Shown here piece by piece: positions 60,421-64,000 of a stretch of 64,000 nt of DNA. A model generated the notes under the pieces. The model had not been told where the DNA came from and made no database searches. It saw only the letters and a list, made by a program, of their open reading frames with translations. Source of the DNA: the human T2T-CHM13v2.0 reference genome, Homo sapiens. The stretch lies in NCBI RefSeq assembly GCF_009914755.1, contig NC_060933.1; one strand, 5' to 3'. Both the position numbers and the translations under genes were made by a program. Within the stretch, counting starts at the first letter, position 1; each line of letters opens with the position of its first letter.

Positions 60421-61309
60421 CTGAACCCATTTCCTTTACCTGCCAAGTGGGAACAGAATTACATACTTTACCACTTTATTAAAAGGAGCAAGAAAGGATA
60501 ATATATATATAGTTCTGTACCTGGCATGCAGTAGACTCCTCTCACTGATGATAGCAAAGTAATTTATCTGTATTATTCCTGAGTTTTCAGTCAATTCAGA
60601 CATTCACATAAGCTCTCACAAAATGTTTCCCCACCCTGAACTCGCATTGACTTTTCGAGCCTAATTGTGGGATTTTAAGAATTTCCCTGCTCAATTTCCT
60701 CCTTGTTAATTCCCAAGAAATTGTTTAACAGGAATGTCTAAATTTTTGAAAAGACAGATGCTCTTCTGTCCCCAAGGAGGATTCTGACTTGTGTTGCTTT
60801 CAGAGCTTCAAGACCAGATCAACAGCAGCAGTCAATGTTTAAAGAAGTCTTTCTCCTCTGCTGTGTGTAGATTCTTGGGCCCTTTCCCAGAAATGACTTT
60901 CCAGAATAATTGTCCTAGAAAGCTACACACAGGCTGCCTGTCTGCTGAATTGCCACACATTGGAGGTGATTCACAGTTCCCATCATTTATCCACAATGAT
61001 AATGTGCAAAAAGCCCTTGGCTTGGAGTTAGAAGATTCTGGGTTCAAATTCCAGCTCTAGAAATTTTTGAATTCCTTGGGTTTCTAGTAAGTGTTTACTT
61101 GAGGTCTTGAAACATCAGGCAGAATGATTCATTCACTTGTAATTCATTCAACACACATTTAATAAGCACACTTCATATTCCAGGCTCTACAGGGACTGGT
61201 GCTGGAGTTATTAGATGAACACCTGCCAGTGACCTCAAATAGATCGTATTCTAATGAAAGAGATTAGCAACACAGACCTATAATTGAATGGGTATAGTAG
61301 TGTAATTAA

Positions 61310-61692
61310 TGGCAGGTGCTGCAACAGAAAACCCCTATCCCCAAGTCTCAGTGGCTTTTCACAAAAAAAGGTTTTTTTTTGTTTTGTTTTTTGTTTTTGT
61401 TTTTTGGTTTTTTTTGGCCAATGCAAAGTCCAGTATAGGTTAGGAGGATTTCTTCCTTCGTATAACCACACCATATGGAACACAGTGCTGTCACAGTGGG
61501 GTAAGGAGAGATGGAGGAAGTACATTGGCTATTAACTGCCTTGACCCAGAAGTAGCACCCATCACTCCTGCTCATAGTCCATTGGGTAGAACTGACCACA
61601 TAGTCGGCCGAAGCTAACTTCAGCAGAGGCTGAGAAATCCAGGGAAGCTCATAGGTACCTGGTGAGCACTAACTATAATATCTCTGCCCCAT
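61310..61692 (-). mobile_element. MLT1I/J-like LTR
   Basis: AAGTCTCAGTGGCTT...ATCACTCCTGCTCATAGTCCATTGGGTAGAACT...GGTGAGCACT. Confidence 0.6.
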
Positions 61693-62699
61693 GGGTAAAG
61701 CTGTGGTAACAGTGAGCAAGGGGAGTGTATTAATTATGACTCCGTAAACGCCTGTTTTCATTTATTTATTTTTTTGGGACAGAATCTTACTATGTTGCTC
61801 AGGCTGGAGTGCAGTGGATTCTCACAGGCGTGATCATAGCTCACTGCAGCCTTGAATTCCTGGCCTCAAGAGATCCTCCCACTTCAACCTCCTGAATAGT
61901 TGGGACTGTAGACATGGGCCACCATGCCCAGCTTTGTAAATTCATGTTTTAAATCAAATTTAGGAATATTTCAGTCATTATTTTTTCAATTTTTTTTCCT
62001 GCTCAATTATCTTTATTTTCTTTTTGGGATTCCAATTACAAATGTGTTAGACATGTATGTTGATATTATAATTACATATGTGATAGACTTATTATGATGA
62101 TATTATCTAATAGTCTGGTAGAGTCAGATTGATAGACTCTGTTCCTTTTTTAAAAAACGTTTATCTTTTTCTTCATGTTATATAATTTCTATAGCACTAT
62201 TTTCAAGTTTACTTACTCTTTCCTTGGTTACTTTCATTTTGCTCCTAAGTCCATCTGTTACATTTTAAAATTTTAAAAAAATGTGTAGAGACGGGGTCTC
62301 GCTGTGTTGCCCAGGCTGGTCTTGAACTCCCAGACTCAAGTGATCCTCCTGCCTCACCCTCCCAAAGTGTTGGGATTACAGGTGTGAGCCATTGTGCCTA
62401 GTGGTTTTCTTTGCTCTTAAGCCTGTGTTTTATATTCCTGGTTCGTCACACATCGGACCATTTTACACTGTCAGCTGGACATGAACATGGGAGGTCACTT
62501 TGTGCAGCTTCCCTCCTTTAATCAGCCTGCTTGTGTTCCTCTTCTAGTGCCTTCAGGGAGCTCCTTACTATTCGTAGCAAGCCAGGATGTTACAGCTATT
62601 GTCTGTCAGATAATCCATCTAGCAGGATCTTAGATTAGTCAGAATTGGAAACAGAACTCTGTGTGGGCTTTTAATTTGCTTTGGCCTGACAGCATCTCA

Positions 62700-63531
62700 C
62701 CTCAAGGACAAGCCTTTCATTTCATGCCCCAAGACTTCTCCAGTGCTGCCATGTGGGATGCTAGGTGTTCGCACAGGTGCCCCCCAGAAGAGCCCAGGGA
62801 GTTACAGCCTTCTGGGAGCAACCATGAAATACTGGGAGTCAACGGGAGTCAAGGGGAGTCAATGGATAAATACTTCTGATTGCTGTTAGTGTAGACTTTT
62901 TTATTTTTTATTTTTTTAAGAGACAATATCTTGGTATGTTGCCCAGTCTGATCTCAAGCTCCTGAGCTCAAGCAATCCTTCCAAGTAGCTAGGACTGCAG
63001 GTGCACACTACCATACCTGACTAACAATTCTGAGAGGGGTTCTCAGAATTGTAGGATTAAGCCCCAATTATCCCAATGATGACTAACATAATAACATACT
63101 CTTTAACCAGCCTTTCCTCTTTCTTTGTTTTACATGCTTTTGTACCTCACTCTTTTATACATATACATATTATAGAGATGGAGTTTTGTCCTGTTGCGCA
63201 GGCCAGAGTACAGTGGCTATTCATAGGCATGGTCAGAGCTCACTACAGCCTCGGACTCTTGGGTTCAAGCAATTCTCCCACCTTAGCCTGCCAAGTAGCT
63301 GGGACTACAGGTGTGGGCCACCATGCCCACCTAGTTTTTGTATTTTTTTTTTTCTGTAGAGTTGGAGTTTCCCCGCGTTGCTCAGGCTGGTCTTGAACTC
63401 CTGGACCCAAGTGATCAAGCTCCTAGACCTCCCAAAGTGCTGGGATTACAGGCATGAGCCACTGCACCTGGCGTCTGCACTCAAGTTCTTGTCTCAGTCT
63501 CCATTTTTGGAGGAAACCCAGGCTAAGACTC
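62700..63531 (+). mobile_element. LTR16-like ERVL LTR interrupted by Alus (62897-63020, 63173-63473)
   Basis: ATGGATAAATACTTC...ACAATTCTGAG...CTGCACTCAAGTTCTTGTCTCAG...GGAAACCCAGGCTAAGAC. Confidence 0.6.
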
Positions 63532-63636
63532 AACTGTCAGTCATATTTTCTCTTTCTGGGACCTGGGGGCAATACTATGATTAAGGTTCTTGTTGGGAGG
63601 AGATAAAGTAGAAAAGCTAGGTTAGAATCCCCCCCC

Positions 63637-63931
<295 letters not shown>

Positions 63932-64000
63932 TAGGATCCCATTTTTAAAAGCCTTAAATGCCATCTAGGAAGTTTTGGATTCTATTCTGTAGAGAAGAAG

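Overview
Primate (very likely human) genomic DNA centred on the CpG-island promoter and first exon of EPB41L4B (EHM2, a FERM/band 4.1-like protein) on the minus strand. Coding exon 1 runs 31794->31489 (306 nt, 102 codons, MLRFLRRTFG...LYCRVFLLDGTEVSVDLP) and ends at a GTGAGT donor. Positions 1-31488 are intron 1 (no second exon recognised) and ~32500-64000 is Alu-rich upstream sequence with no other recognisable gene. Non-genic content: about 50 Alu/FLAM/FRAM pieces (many with visible TSDs), MaLR/ERVL LTRs, old L1M, MIR and CR1/L3 relics, MER5/MER3 DNA transposons, an old MT-ND2 NUMT split by an Alu, and a Y1-RNA retrocopy inside a four-layer nested insertion. I found no convincing new gene or multi-gene system. 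The best leads are the NUMT with ancestral-looking residues, repeated re-use of single L1-endonuclease target sites, GGC repeats in an AUG-free in-frame 5' leader, an E-box/CTCF palindrome in the promoter, and several compound inverted+direct micro-repeats. Repeat family names come from recalled consensus sequences, not a database search, and repeat boundaries are approximate.
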